DNA of 59,543 bases. Source: a virus (taxonomy: Duplodnaviria; Caudoviricetes). The stretch covers positions 1 through 59,543 of the IMG/VR virus record IMGVR_UViG_3300003267_000070; one strand, written 5' to 3'. This document shows, piece after piece, positions 9,719 through 21,501 of the stretch. Below the pieces are notes generated by a model. That model had not been told where the DNA came from and did not search any database. It saw only the letters and a program-made list of their open reading frames with translations. Both the position numbers and the translations under genes were made by a program. Position 1 is the stretch's first letter. Every line of letters starts with the position of its first letter.

Positions 9719-10408
9719 TTAACTTGCCGCCGCCTCGGCCTGTTCCACTGCCTTAGTCGCCTGTTTCTTAGCCGGTATGTACTCCAGCACGTTCTCGTAT
9801 TCGTCAACCCGCTCGTATTTCCCAGTGGCTTTATTTTTGACTCGCTTGCGATCCTTCTTGATGTTCACCCAAACAGATCGACCTACCAGTGATCGTCTAA
9901 ATGCCGCGTTGTTATTAGGTGCAGGATCAGTCTTAATACCAAGAGACTGTAAAAACGCCTTGTAGTCTCCGAAGTAGTTACCTTGCGGTTCATAATAATC
10001 GGTTTCCTCGCCCTCGGCGTTTAACGAGAAATCGTAAACCTTGCGATTCACGGCAAACCCGATTCGCGGAAAGAAGTGCTTACCTGCGTACTTACCCTTG
10101 CCGTCAATCCCTTTGGGGCCGATAACAAGCCACGGTTTCATTGATGCCGTTTTCCATGCCAGCTCCCCATTGGTATCAGGCTTTCCACCGTGCCTTTCTT
10201 CTGGAACGTACTTGTCAAGATCTAGTTTCTTGATGGTTAACTCAACATTGTTGACAGGCTCGATAACATCTGAAGGCATCATCTGTTGAGCCTTCGAGAT
10301 GTCCTCCCCCTCGGCCTCAAAGTCGTCTTCCTCGGTTCCCTCCTTTACCCAGTTCGGCGTGTCGTCAACCTCTTCCGCTATCTCGTTGTCTGTATACGTG
10401 TCACTCAT
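9719..10408 (-). CDS. Putative single-stranded DNA-binding protein (DUF669-like position)
   Basis: Acidic terminus, beta-rich core, directly downstream of AAA ATPase; synteny-based. Confidence 0.5.
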   Translation of the reverse strand: MSDTYTDNEIAEEVDDTPNWVKEGTEEDDFEAEGEDISKAQQMMPSDVIEPVNNVELTIKKLDLDKYVPEERHGGKPDTNGELAWKTASMKPWLVIGPKGIDGKGKYAGKHFFPRIGFAVNRKVYDFSLNAEGEETDYYEPQGNYFGDYKAFLQSLGIKTDPAPNNNAAFRRSLVGRSVWVNIKKDRKRVKNKATGKYERVDEYENVLEYIPAKKQATKAVEQAEAAAS

Positions 10409-10414
10409 TGCCTC

Positions 10415-11386
10415 TTACGCTCCTTTAGTTTTAGTTTGTGTTTCAGGTTTCCCGGCACTCGGCTGGGCAACATTAGCAGCAACCGGCGTACAAATCTTTC
10501 TTAGGATTGTTTTGTACAGATTGCCGTTAGTTAGCTTAAGAGTACCTAATCCAAACCTGTTCTTGGCAAGGATTACCGTATCAAGTGACTCACTCCGTGT
10601 ACGGCGACAGTAGGCGTAGTACTGGACCACCTCCTTACCTTCACTATCCTGCTCCAGCCTGTCCTCAAGATAGATCATCGCGGACGGGAGACCGGCAACG
10701 CGCTGCCTAAACGACCCTAGCACTTGTGGGCTAAGGTCAGAGTCAAGATTTACCTGTCGCTTACTAGCGGCTTGCTGCTCCTGTGCGGTGGGAGACCGGG
10801 CGATCTGTATCCCCTTGACAGTGTTGTCCGACTCTCGCTGGAGATGACAACTCACTACTACATTCAACCTGTCCCTCGTAGCCAACGGCAGCAGGTTCTG
10901 TAAAACCAAGTGGTCCAGGTACGACCCTAGCGCATCATACCAACCCCGCTGGTCAGCCTCCTTCTTGTCCATCGCCTGCTTCTCGGTCCACACAATCCCC
11001 TTCGACTCGCATATCTGCGTCCACTTAAGGTTAGCTAGGTAGTTGAAGCCGTCAAGGAAGATGGTTTCGATCTTCTTTTCACCTAGTGGTCCAAGCTTGC
11101 GAGCGTAGGCTATCGCTCCATAAATACTTCTCTCACTCGGCTCTTCCGTAAACTGAAAGACTTCGTTCAGTGCTAGGCCATTCAAGGGAACGTGGATTAC
11201 TAAGTTGTCCAAGTACTTTTGATTCTCTGGTTGCTTAAGGGTGTCGAGGCCAGTGGGGTCGAATGTGATTGCCATGACTTTTGGAAACGTCATTCCCTGT
11301 AACGTCTTACCACTACCAGCACCACCGTTGAGCCAGACGCTGAGTCCGTTAGGTTTAAGAAAGTCTTCTTTGGTTATGAATGGCAC
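10415..11386 (-). CDS. AAA-family (Sak4/AAA_24-like) recombination ATPase
   Basis: Walker A GGAGSGKT, Walker B TIFLDG, VVVSCH, AKNR motif. Confidence 0.8.
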   Translation of the reverse strand: MPFITKEDFLKPNGLSVWLNGGAGSGKTLQGMTFPKVMAITFDPTGLDTLKQPENQKYLDNLVIHVPLNGLALNEVFQFTEEPSERSIYGAIAYARKLGPLGEKKIETIFLDGFNYLANLKWTQICESKGIVWTEKQAMDKKEADQRGWYDALGSYLDHLVLQNLLPLATRDRLNVVVSCHLQRESDNTVKGIQIARSPTAQEQQAASKRQVNLDSDLSPQVLGSFRQRVAGLPSAMIYLEDRLEQDSEGKEVVQYYAYCRRTRSESLDTVILAKNRFGLGTLKLTNGNLYKTILRKICTPVAANVAQPSAGKPETQTKTKGA

Positions 11387-11567
11387 TCGCTGTTCCCTTT
11401 CTGTTCTAGTTCTCTAATACGTTCTTCCAGTTGTTCAATCTTTGTATCACCGCGAGCGATTAACCAGCGCGCAAAGTTTCGGTAGCGAACTGCAACCGGG
11501 TGTAAGCCGACCGGATTTGGGTAAGCCAGTAAAGCCAGCATGGTCTCAAAATCTTCAGCTTCAGTCG

Positions 11568-12575
11568 TCACGCCTCTGCCTCCTCAACTTCATCCTCACT
11601 CAAGTCAACCTCGTAGTCCGGCAACACCGGTCGTGTAGGGTCACATTCCCCTTCGTGCTGCGGTTGTAACCAGCATCTTTGCCCATCCCTCACCCGCAAA
11701 CACCTCCGCGTATAATCCTGTTCAATCAACTCCGCATCCCTCGGCCACTGATACCCTTTGGAACAGATGGCGTGGAAGGGGCAAACGATTGGACCACGAA
11801 CGCATTGGTCGGTGTTGTAGGACCATTGGCCTGTCCGCTCGTCGTCCTGAATCTTCCGAGTCCAGCCAAGGAAGCTGGCATGCTCACTGGTTACGGCGTC
11901 GGCGTTAGGGTTAAACACCCAACGCTTGAAGTCATGCCAGTCACCCGCCGGGAGACTGACCCCCTTGTCCGGTCCTTTGCGGGGCGTGTAAGCCTTGGTC
12001 CGACGCCGGAAACTGGCTGCGTTTATATAGAAACCACCAACTTCACCGTAACGGGATTGCAGGTGCGAGACGTATTGGCGAATCTGACTATGCGGGTCGA
12101 ACTGGTCGGAATACTTGGCGTCAAGATACTTCCCCGTTGACTTGTGGTCCACCCCATACACCAGCCCGTCCCGCTTGTCTCTTACCACCAAGTCCAGTAC
12201 TACTACCCTACTCTCGTCCTCGATCCGGCTCTCGTTTCGGTCCTGTACCTCTAAGACTTCCCACCACCGGTCCTCCTCGGCCCACTTGACAACGTAGGCG
12301 GGGACGGCATCAAGTCCATTCTGAAAACTTTTCCCCGAAGACCAGTAAGGGAGCTGTAGTGGGTATTCATTTGCAGGATAACCATTAGCGAATGCTGCCT
12401 GTGCCATCTCTACGTTTCCACGACGATAAAAAGCATTCAGGGCCGCGTCCCACGCCTTCCCAAACCGCAGGTCATGCTCGGATTCCCGTAGGGGAGACAG
12501 TTGCGCACGATAACGCAGGAAGTACTTAGTGGGACACGCGGCGTAGGTGGAGATTTGAGAATATGAGTACGGCAA
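11568..12575 (-). CDS. PD-(D/E)XK (Cas4/RecB-like) exonuclease
   Basis: SYSQI..Y..CP, FG.AW, LDLV...VDHKST, Q...Y, C-terminal C....CPF..IC. Confidence 0.85.
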   Translation of the reverse strand: MPYSYSQISTYAACPTKYFLRYRAQLSPLRESEHDLRFGKAWDAALNAFYRRGNVEMAQAAFANGYPANEYPLQLPYWSSGKSFQNGLDAVPAYVVKWAEEDRWWEVLEVQDRNESRIEDESRVVVLDLVVRDKRDGLVYGVDHKSTGKYLDAKYSDQFDPHSQIRQYVSHLQSRYGEVGGFYINAASFRRRTKAYTPRKGPDKGVSLPAGDWHDFKRWVFNPNADAVTSEHASFLGWTRKIQDDERTGQWSYNTDQCVRGPIVCPFHAICSKGYQWPRDAELIEQDYTRRCLRVRDGQRCWLQPQHEGECDPTRPVLPDYEVDLSEDEVEEAEA

Positions 12576-12637
12576 TCTGAAACCTTTCCGACAGGCGGCA
12601 TCTGCGGCCCGTGTTCGCTAACGGTTTCCTGCGCGTT

Positions 12638-12751
12638 CTAAGCGGCCTTCTTTTGCCGCCACTTACGCGAGAAGCAGGCAGGGCAACGATTCGGTAAGCG
12701 CTCGGTACGCCGAAACCACTCGTGGCTGCATTGCTTGCACTTGCATTTCAT
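12638..12751 (-). CDS. 37-aa zinc-ribbon microprotein, leaderless (not in ORF track)
   Basis: MKCKCKQCSHEWFRRTERLPNRCPACFSRKWRQKKAA; paralogue at 26260..26376. Confidence 0.8.
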   Translation of the reverse strand: MKCKCKQCSHEWFRRTERLPNRCPACFSRKWRQKKAA

Positions 12752-12759
12752 GACAACGG

Positions 12760-12788
12760 ACTCTAACACGGCTGCATGATGCTGTCAA
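12760..12788 (-). promoter_or_regulatory. Sigma70-type promoter for the recombination operon
   Basis: TTGACA-17-TAGAGT with TGn extension; ATG 8 nt downstream. Confidence 0.8.
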
Positions 12789-12796
12789 CAGGTATT

Positions 12797-14620
12797 TTAC
12801 TTCCCTTTATCTCGCGCCTGCTCCAGTGCAGCGACAACGCCATGCAGGTATTCAGGATGCTCTTTGTCGCCCCACCGCGTTTTATCCTTCGCGATTTCGA
12901 TTGCCTTATCCCATACGTCACGCTGCGCCTGTCTTAGTTGTTTATCTCTGGAGGAGAGCGTGTCAGCGACCTTCTCTGCAAGTTGCCGTACTGTCCCGCA
13001 TTCAAGCACGGACGCAACGTTTTCAGGGAGTCCCATTGCCCACAAGCCGACAATCTCTCGTGCTTCATCTTCTACGTCTACCGGCACAGTGGGTGATGGC
13101 TTAGGGGTCACGGAGTCTCCTTAATCGCTATCCGCATAGTACCAACTCATGCGACAGCGCGGGCAAGTTTGAGTACCTTCAAACCAGTGAATCGTCGGAT
13201 CGCCGGGGACGTAGGTTGTTCCTGCGTCCTCGCACTTAAACCAGCCATCCGTATCGGCCCACTCGTGATCGTAGCCGCATGACTCGCAAACGAAGTACGC
13301 GCCGGGATTACACCATGCAATCCACCACTTGCGTGCGGGTGGGCGATTGCCGTGCGACCAGAATAGTTTCTTACCGCCGCGCTTCCACAGCCAACGTCGA
13401 ATCCTTAGCCAGTAGTAACCGAACCAACGCCAGAAAACAGGATGATTAGAATGCCACGCAAGAGAGTCATCGTTTGCTATCGGGCTGAGTGTAAGGTCGT
13501 CGCTCATTCCCCTCGCTCCACTTGCGGACCCTTGTCACGTACGTCAATCATCTTTCCGCAATAAGTACAATAAGATCCATCAAAACCATCGGTCTCGCGT
13601 CCACAAGCAGTCCCGAACCAAGGCGCGCCAGATGCGGTAACAGTGTTTGGTTCAGGTGTCCACACACACGTTTCCGCTACAGGTGGAGCAGCGGGAGTGG
13701 TAGCCTCTAACGCGTTCTTAACGAAAGCCAACAGTTCCCATAGACTGCTTTCCTGCGGCGGCAACTTGCCGTGCTTCCGCTCGTAGAATGGCTCAACCTT
13801 GACAATAAAGCGTTCAAGAAATCGCTGGATATTCGCATCCACCGCAGCCATAGCGCTTGCTGGTGGAGTGCGGGTGAGATCAGCGCGAATGTATTCGATG
13901 TCGTTATCGAAATGCTTGTGCTCGTGAATGCGCGTGTAGCGCGTGACCCCTTGAAACGAACCGTGAACCGATCCGATCCACACTCGTTCTGGCGCTTCTC
14001 CTGCTACCGGGGGATCGATTGATTGTTCGGCGGCCATATCTCCGCACTGTGGGCAGCAGCTGTATGGAGATCCGCTCCAGCGATGGCCGCAAGATAAGCC
14101 GACGCGCTCACCCTGCTCCTGTGGCTCACTCATGATCTACCTTGCCTTTCTGCCTCAGTATCCGGGAGGCGCATACTCATTATCGTGCCGGGTGAGGTAC
14201 GACCATCGGAGTCAATGTCAACCGTGACTGCGCCGCAACGTGAGCACCAGCGTACGACCGTCTCTTCTATTTCAGGACCGTCACGAAACACAATCTCAAG
14301 ATCGTGCCGCCCTCTACACGTAGTCATTCCTTGACCTCAACCTTAAGCTCCGCCAGTTTGGCACGTTGTGCGCGTTCAATTCGTCGCTTCATGCTCAGCG
14401 CTGCGGGTTGTGAGTCGAGTATTTCATCAAACACCTTCAGCAGTTCGGCTGCGAGAGCGGACGGGTCTACAAACCAACTGACCGCTACCTGTGCGTCTGC
14501 TTGCTCGGGGCTGTACTTACTACCAGCGAACGTTCGTGCTTCCGTCTCGCTGGTAAACGCTCTCTCACTCCACGGTTCAGAACCGTAACGACGATAACGG
14601 ACAATCCAGCGTTGGTTCAT
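12797..14620 (-). other. Run of leftward hypothetical ORFs (12797..13111, 13121..13507, 13504..14133, 14130..14327, 14324..~14620)
   Basis: Overlapping start/stop codons, GGAG SDs, CxxC motifs. Confidence 0.6.
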
Positions 14621-15114
14621 TTTCCTTCTACTCCTAACGGGAAATTTAATCGGGCGTGGTTGGGCCATAGCTCAGTAGCGCGTTTGTCCCAGGCCCTAGC
14701 CGCCTCTTCGGGTGTATGGTACGCACCCAGATACTGGGTATATCCGTTGTGTGAAATGACAGCGATCCACTTTCGCTTACCCCGATTGTCGAACTTAACG
14801 CCCCTGAAATGAGACTTCGCGTGTTTATGCTTTTGGCGATTTCTTTGATTCTCCGCGTTCGTTACCATTCTTAGATTAGAGCGAATGTTCCTTAGCCCGT
14901 CACCATCAACGTGATCCACGTCCTTTCCCCTTGGAGCGTTTGTAATAACCCGGTGCATCAGTATCGTTTTGGTTTTTCCTTCTGGATGCTCATGGCGACA
15001 TGCGTAATAGGTGCGATAGCCCTTCATCGCAATCCACCTATAAGCAGCGAGCAGTTCATAGTCTTCGTCATCCACGATCGCCACCTTCCCTTGAGTTAAT
15101 GGTATCTCTTTCAT
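14617..15114 (-). CDS. HNH endonuclease with C-terminal AP2 domain
   Basis: MKEIPLTQGKVAIVDDED; MHR.I....VDH.DGDGL.N.RSNLR; S.FRGV....KW.A.I....YLG.Y.T.EEAARAWD. Confidence 0.9.
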   Translation of the reverse strand: MKEIPLTQGKVAIVDDEDYELLAAYRWIAMKGYRTYYACRHEHPEGKTKTILMHRVITNAPRGKDVDHVDGDGLRNIRSNLRMVTNAENQRNRQKHKHAKSHFRGVKFDNRGKRKWIAVISHNGYTQYLGAYHTPEEAARAWDKRATELWPNHARLNFPLGVEGK

Positions 15115-15118
15115 TTTG

Positions 15119-16948
15119 TTACCTTGAGGGGAGAGCACGAATGTGCGCCGCTATCTCAGCCCTTAGTATTGAATCAACATCAAACACTCGGTCTGCGTAA
15201 ATCGTTTCAGCAATCTTTGCTGCTTCTTCTCTGCTTACCAGTACCTCTCCACTCGACTGCTGAGCCAACGCTGCCTGTACAAACTTCCGGAGGTTGTCAA
15301 CCCTACCGCTCCCGAGTTCACCGCCAATAGAGTCTGCGATGTCCTCATAACGAGTGAGAAACGTCATTGCCGATTCTTTCCACTGCTGGAGTTCACGGAC
15401 GGCGGCGATAAGCCGCGAAACGTGAGCAAGGACAAACCCTGCGTCACGACTTGCTTCAACCTCGGCCAACTCAGCTTCTGGAATCACATCACCCTCCTAG
15501 TCTCCTAATCCACTCCATCACACTTGGCAACAGGAAGACCGTCGCCGCCGTGATGATCAGCATTAAGATCGCAAAGCCGATGTCCGTAAGCCGTTTCACC
15601 GCTTCACCCATCCATCAGACCTGCAAACGTACTCAACCTGGCTGTAGATGATCTGCTCTTCAATGTCTCTTCCACTCGTATGCGACACGGTTAAGACGTC
15701 GCCGTCCTTGCAGGTGGAGGGGACTTGGACTGAAGACTTCTCTTCACTGACAATCCGCTTCCTGACCGTTATGCCGATGAGCATGTTAGTGACCAGCGCC
15801 AAAAAGAACCCTAACGCCAGCATAGCTAAAACGTATTTCAATGATTGTTTCATTTCCCACCTCCAGACCGAGCGCCGCAGTGGCGGGAGATAATTCCCGC
15901 GACACGCTTGCGTTCCGCTTTTGAATCATCACAGCCCCGGCACTCGTCGTAAGAACAATCTTTAATGAAGCAGATGCGCGAGAGACAATCGGGGACGATC
16001 TCTTCCGCGGCTCGTCTAATGGAATCGCTGGACGGGGCGGTGATACAGGTTTCCACTGGTTCGCCTGCGGCAGCAACCAGCTTGCGGAACACTTCAGCGA
16101 TCAACGGCACGAACCCCGGCACCGCTGATGATGCGCCGCCGCTTGTACAAAGTCTGACTGCGCTAATACCGCGCTCGCCTTCAGGGACGGTGATAACGTA
16201 CCAGTCGCCGTTGTTGCCCCATCCGATGCACAATTCAAGCCTGCGCCCGTCGCGGGCGTCCCTGTCGTCGGTGAGATAGCGAGCCTCGCGAACGTTGCCA
16301 TCGGCATCTTTGTTAACCGTAATTCCCTTAGCCATTGCGTTCACCTTTCTCGGCTGGCCTGTAAAACGGACACATACCTTCATCGGCAATAAATTCAGAT
16401 AGGTGCTGTTGCGCCGCCAGTAGCATGCTCTTATTCTTCCGGAAATCATCGCCATGCTGAAAGTGCGTCCACATGGACACCTGGCCATCCGCAAACACGT
16501 CAAACTCCAGCCTCAGCATCGGTTCCCCGCGTTCCTTAACAAGCGCACTCCTTTGCGTCTCAGCTAGCGCCATTAGTTTCACCTTTCCACGGCTTCAACC
16601 CCTGCGTATCACGTCTGTAGATCCACAGCTAGCACAAGAGTTGCTTGTAAACTGTAAGGCTCCGCACTGACCGCAGATGTAGTCTAGCGGTGCAGCCATC
16701 ACCACCGGCTTCAACCCCTGACTTATATAACCCCGCCAGTGTTCTTCTGCCAGTTCCTTGCCGGATTCGGGAGAGGCGCAGGGGTTGGGCGAGTGCTCAA
16801 AACCCCAGAACCATCTCTCGTTGATTTCCCAAATTAAGTAGTCACGCGTTATTCGGGTTCGTGCCCTCCATTTGTAGAAGGAGTCGTTAAGACGCTCCCA
16901 CTGGAGCGGCGCTATAGTGAATAACTGATCAGTCATGGTTGTTGTCAC
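15119..16948 (-). other. Run of leftward hypothetical ORFs (15119..15487, 15596..15853 with TM, 15850..~16335, 16328..16582, 16595..16948)
   Basis: Contiguous minus-strand ORFs with SD motifs. Confidence 0.55.
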
Positions 16949-17745
16949 CGTCGGTTCAAAGAATATAGTCGCTCGGTTGTCAGACCGCGCCCGCTTCCGT
17001 TTGGGATATTTTTATGACTCTCGTAATCGCCCAGTACGGTCCACGGACCTTCGTCATATAAGGGATGGGGATAATGCGTTACCAAGATCCGTGCATAGCG
17101 CGTCGCTTGTGCGGCGGCAATAAACGATACATGGTCAAAGTTATCGTGACTGTACGCTGATGATGCCCCAAGTGACCGAGGGCGACTCTCATCGAGGTAT
17201 GGCGGATCTACGAAGTGTAAGATCCCATGGGCGTCAAGTCGTCGTAGTAGTTCTTCAATCGGCCAATTCGTTACCTGAACGCGGTCGAACCTCGCAGCCG
17301 TTCTTTTCAGATGTTCGGGCATCGTGGCCCACCGTCCCGGCTTGTTTGCCTTACGAGCCGCCGCACCGCCGACGCTGTAGGACCATCCAGTTCGTCCCGG
17401 CACTACCGCCATTTGCATCCGCACGAAGAAACCCCATGCCCGACTGACGCTATCCTCAAAGGGGCCAGCAGCCGCAAGAAACTCTGCGTGCGCGTAAGGA
17501 GTAAAGGCGGTTTTATCAATCAGTTCGGCGCAGAGCACTGGATCGCGTAACACGCGGAAGAAGTTAACTACCTCTCCGTAAACATCGTTAACTGTTTCGT
17601 AGACGCTCGGAGGCTTAGCGGCCAAGACCGCCGCCGAACCAGCGCAGCTCTCGACAAAGTGTTCATGAGCGGGTAAATGCTCAATAATCCACGGAGCCAT
17701 TCGCACTTTTGCTCCCCAGTAGCGAAACGGGGCCATGATCCTCAT
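16945..17745 (-). CDS. D12-class N6-adenine DNA methyltransferase
   Basis: PFRYWGAK, FVESCAGSAAV, ETVND, VVNFFRVLRD, DPPY. Confidence 0.9.
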   Translation of the reverse strand: MRIMAPFRYWGAKVRMAPWIIEHLPAHEHFVESCAGSAAVLAAKPPSVYETVNDVYGEVVNFFRVLRDPVLCAELIDKTAFTPYAHAEFLAAAGPFEDSVSRAWGFFVRMQMAVVPGRTGWSYSVGGAAARKANKPGRWATMPEHLKRTAARFDRVQVTNWPIEELLRRLDAHGILHFVDPPYLDESRPRSLGASSAYSHDNFDHVSFIAAAQATRYARILVTHYPHPLYDEGPWTVLGDYESHKNIPNGSGRGLTTERLYSLNRR

Positions 17746-20700
17746 TTGCTCTCTTGGCTTTCTACCGGAACTTCCTTTGCTACTTCAACGGACTCCAGTT
17801 CGGTGACGGCCGAACGTGCGAAGTTCTGCCACGGATACGCCTCGTTCATATTGTCACTTGCCCATTCTTGCTGGAGACTTTTTAGGCGATCAATCAGTGC
17901 TCGTTTTACCGCTGCGGCATCCGAAAGACGCGAACCGGCGCACTCGTTGCACCATTTACCGTTGACCCGAACTTCCATATTGCGACCGCAGCACGCACAT
18001 TCGAATCCTCCCGTCGCTGCGGCATCGGTGGTAACACTTGCGGCGGGGAACTCGCATTTACAACCGCAGAACTTTGGGCCGGGCTCAGACGCTTGTCTGC
18101 TTAGACAAAACACGCAGAACCCTTGAATACTAAGAGTCTCACGTCCGTGCCCGCACTTCACGCACCTGTCTCCCCCTTCACCATCCAGTAAGGAGAGTAA
18201 GTAGTCGGCTATCCGGTCGCGCAGTCCTTCAAATTCAGCGCGGGTCATTTCAATATCGCCGCCGATAAGAGAAGCTGCGCAGTTTTGACATTGAGCACGC
18301 TTGCTATTCATTATTGTTCCTCTTTCCAAGCGCGAACCTGAGCCATGCAGTCGGAGAGGCTATCCGATGCTTCAGTTTGCTTCGGGCAGCCATGCACACG
18401 GACAAAGAAGTACCGCCCCATGATCGGCTTATCGACAACTTCAATCGAAAACCACTTATCGGGAAACGCCTCTCGAAGTTGGGCCAGTGCCTCTTCTACT
18501 GTTATCTCGTCTGCTGTCATAACTAAATCCTCGACTGGTTCACCTCAATCCCTTCCCCTAAATTCCCCTGATTCTCCGAATGTCCGCGATTAATGACCGA
18601 GCAGCCTTCCGCGCCGCTTCCCCTGAGCAACCGCCCCGCTGGTTACGATCCGTCCAGTACTCAATTGCATCATCCGGGCGGCATACTGGACACGGAATGT
18701 TCTCAATGGGCTCATACAGCCGATGCTGATCATCGCAATCGTCAGCATCAAATAATCGACCGTCTAAGCAAACGGAGTCAGGGTAGGAACCCGCGCCAAA
18801 CTCATAGCCCTGATAGCCGCAGCCGCCGACTTCATCTATTTCTTCTTTGCTCACGCGGCCTCACTTTCTTCACTCGCCTCAGCAAGTGATCTCAACTGCG
18901 GATGCTCTAACTTCAATTTCATTTCTTCAACGTGACGCCAACACGGACAAGCACATCTTCGATCATCACACTGCCCATGCTCGCCAACTACGCATTCATC
19001 GCTGACGTGATGATTAGCGTGGAGTGACGGATCGGTGTTGGCCCATCGTCTCTCGTCTGTGTAGGTGCGAGTCATTGGCTTGCTCCCTCGGCGGCGTTGA
19101 TGATTTGCTGAATGGCGGCGACGGCTTGTTGGGGAGTCTTGAGTCCGAGACGCATAAAGAGACCGTAACTACTTCGAGCTTGTTCGTAACTCATACCAAG
19201 TACCCGTTGCGCTTCGTCCATTGCGGCAAATAGATCACCAACCCTTCTTCCGCTCGGTTTGTACCAAACGGCATCTAGGGCATGGTCGCCACCGTCTTGC
19301 CAGCGAATCCTGTAACCGCAAAGATCCAAGACATGGCCCGCAATACACATAGCCGTACCGCGCTCGGTTTTCATTGCCACCTCTCGCATATTGAAATGCT
19401 CCGGATGCTTCATCCGCAGAAACCGCGTCTGCAGGCGCTTCAGCAATTCAATGTTCAGCTTTGATTTCTTACTCATTTGATTTACCTCCCCGTGCCGGCC
19501 CAACGATCAAGTCTTTGTGGTTCGGTGCGGATCATTTACCCAAGCTCAGTTCATACTTCCCATAATATGGTCCAATTCGTCTCCGCTGATAACCTCGCGC
19601 CGGGTCAGGTACGTCAGCAACCGCCACACAATCCATCGCTGCTCCCTGAGCGCCCTCTTGGTCATCTTCTTCTCAAGCGCCCATTCGTTGAGCTGCCACT
19701 GGCGAAGCAACCGACCCGCCTCTTCCAGCGTCAACGGCTTTAGATCGGCACGTAGTTGGGTTTTCATCCTGCTCTTTGCGGTTCTCGGTAGGTCATTGCG
19801 GTTCGCCTTTCAGCCCCTCGAACGCATTGCGTAGCCTGGCGATACGCCTGTCGATTACGCGCCACCCTGACCCTTCCGGGTAGAAGTGTTTTTTAACAAG
19901 TGTGACATGGCCGGCGTTGATGACCTTGTTCGCCAGTCGGGCAAAATCCTTCTTAGCCTCGGCCGTCTGTAGTGCATGATGAATTTTTAATAAGCCTCTC
20001 ATACGCCCTCCCGCACTGGCACGATACCCTTGACCCGCACGGCATTCCTAGGTCGCCATTTCATCTCTATACCTGACGACTCCCGCCGTAGGGCTAGCTG
20101 TCGGGCCTCTTTCTGCGAAGCGGCCTCAACCTCGACTTCTGCCGTTTCCGTGCGACTCAAAAGCACTTTGTATTTCATAGCTCGGCTTCCCGGTTTGTCT
20201 CTTCTCTCTGTTCCGTGGTGAACATTGTCGTCATCCGATTTGCGCCACCGCTTCCACTGCTCCATCCTCTTCAAGTGCCCTTGCTTTTGCCAGTTCAATC
20301 GCTTTATTCATGCTGAATGCTTCCACCTCGAAGTTACGGATCTCTTCTTCACCGGAGTCGAGGGTTACGAGGACGGGGATCTTATAGGTATCGGTTTGCA
20401 TTACGCCTCCAGATTCTCAATGATGTCTTTTGAGCGATAAAGAGCACGGCGAATCTTTGTGAGTCGCCCCACAAGCGCGTGACGCTCTGCCTGTTCGGCG
20501 CGTTCCTTTTGGTTGCGCGGGCCGTCCGTGACTTGATTCGTTTCAATCATTAGTTCGACATCAAAGATGGCCTTGCAGAGATCCTCGACAATCTCAGCGT
20601 CCGGGTTGACAGGCGCATGGACCATAGCGTCCTCCGGTTGCCCGCAGTAGCCATGCTCCGTGCGCGAGTCAATGACCACACAGAAAGTTGTCGGGGCATC

Positions 20701-20983
20701 AGCGTGGCCAATGAACTTATGCTTCTCTGTCTGCATCGTCTCTCTCCTTAGTAGCTCAGAAGATTTCAATAATTCGCCCGTCTCTAACACCGAGGTAGGC
20801 CACAAACCCTTCCGCACAAAACGCCTGCTGAATTCCGTCGCGATCACGAACTACGTAATAGCGGACGGTGGCTATACCGTTCTTGATTCTTTCGATTACG
20901 CCGTTGAGCGGCGCATCCCCAGACCGCGAAGATCTAAAACCCACGGAACGTCCGATGTGGGCCCTTTTGATTTGACTAGTCAT
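17742..20983 (-). other. Run of about ten leftward hypothetical ORFs, many Cys-rich
   Basis: Contiguous minus-strand ORFs from 17742..18329 through 20756..20983. Confidence 0.55.
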
Positions 20984-20985
20984 GA

Positions 20986-21165
20986 TTACTTGCTCTCCAG
21001 TCTGCGGACGATCTCTTCCGCTACTTGAATCGCTCTGTCTTCACCAAAGCGGCCATAGTCATTGCGGATATGCGTCGGGAATACCCACCCGAATCCCGCA
21101 ACCGGCATGGCTCCAATGTTCTGTTCAGCCATGAGTTTCAGCGCCTGTCTTTGAATCTGTGTCAT
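20986..21165 (-). CDS. 59-aa hypothetical protein, first gene of leftward unit (not in ORF track)
   Basis: AAGGAGG/GAGGG upstream; MTQIQRQALKLMAEQNIGAMPVAGFGWVFPTHIRNDYGRFGEDRAIQVAEEIVRRLESK. Confidence 0.6.
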   Translation of the reverse strand: MTQIQRQALKLMAEQNIGAMPVAGFGWVFPTHIRNDYGRFGEDRAIQVAEEIVRRLESK

Positions 21166-21219
21166 CTACCCTCTTCCTCCTTAGTACCTAACAAGGTATC
21201 CCCGCTCTCAACGATGGAT

Positions 21220-21289
21220 ACCCTAGCACTACTACTTGAATCTTGTCAAGCTAATTTTTCTTGACTTGAAAATAAATAAGTCTTAGTAT
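21220..21289. promoter_or_regulatory. Back-to-back divergent sigma70-type promoters
   Basis: Leftward TTGACA(21249-21244)-18-TAGGGT with TGn extension; rightward TTGACT(21261)-17-TAGTAT(21284); AT-rich spacer. Confidence 0.75.
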
Positions 21290-21297
21290 TGCGGTCC

Positions 21298-21495
21298 ATG
21301 GATGACGTGGTAACTATCAAGTACGCAGCCAAGGCACTCGGTATCACGAAGGCGGCGCTCTACCTTGCCATTAAAGAGGATCGCGTTCAGTCTAAAACCG
21401 TACTCGATAAGATCACTATTCCTCGCTGGGAGTTTGACAGACTCAAACGAGAGCGAGCGAACAGAGCAAAATCCAACGGAAACGGTCACAAATAG
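21298..21495 (+). CDS. Excisionase/MerR-like helix-turn-helix protein, leaderless
   Basis: VTIKYAAKALGITKAALYLAIKEDRV HTH pattern; ATG 8 nt after -10. Confidence 0.75.
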   Translation: MDDVVTIKYAAKALGITKAALYLAIKEDRVQSKTVLDKITIPRWEFDRLKRERANRAKSNGNGHK

Positions 21496-21501
21496 CAACC
21501 A

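Noticed and set aside
21298-21495. Excisionase implying an integrated prophage
   Set aside because: No tyrosine or serine integrase, att-flanking host genes or CI-like repressor seen; the HTH is more likely a regulator
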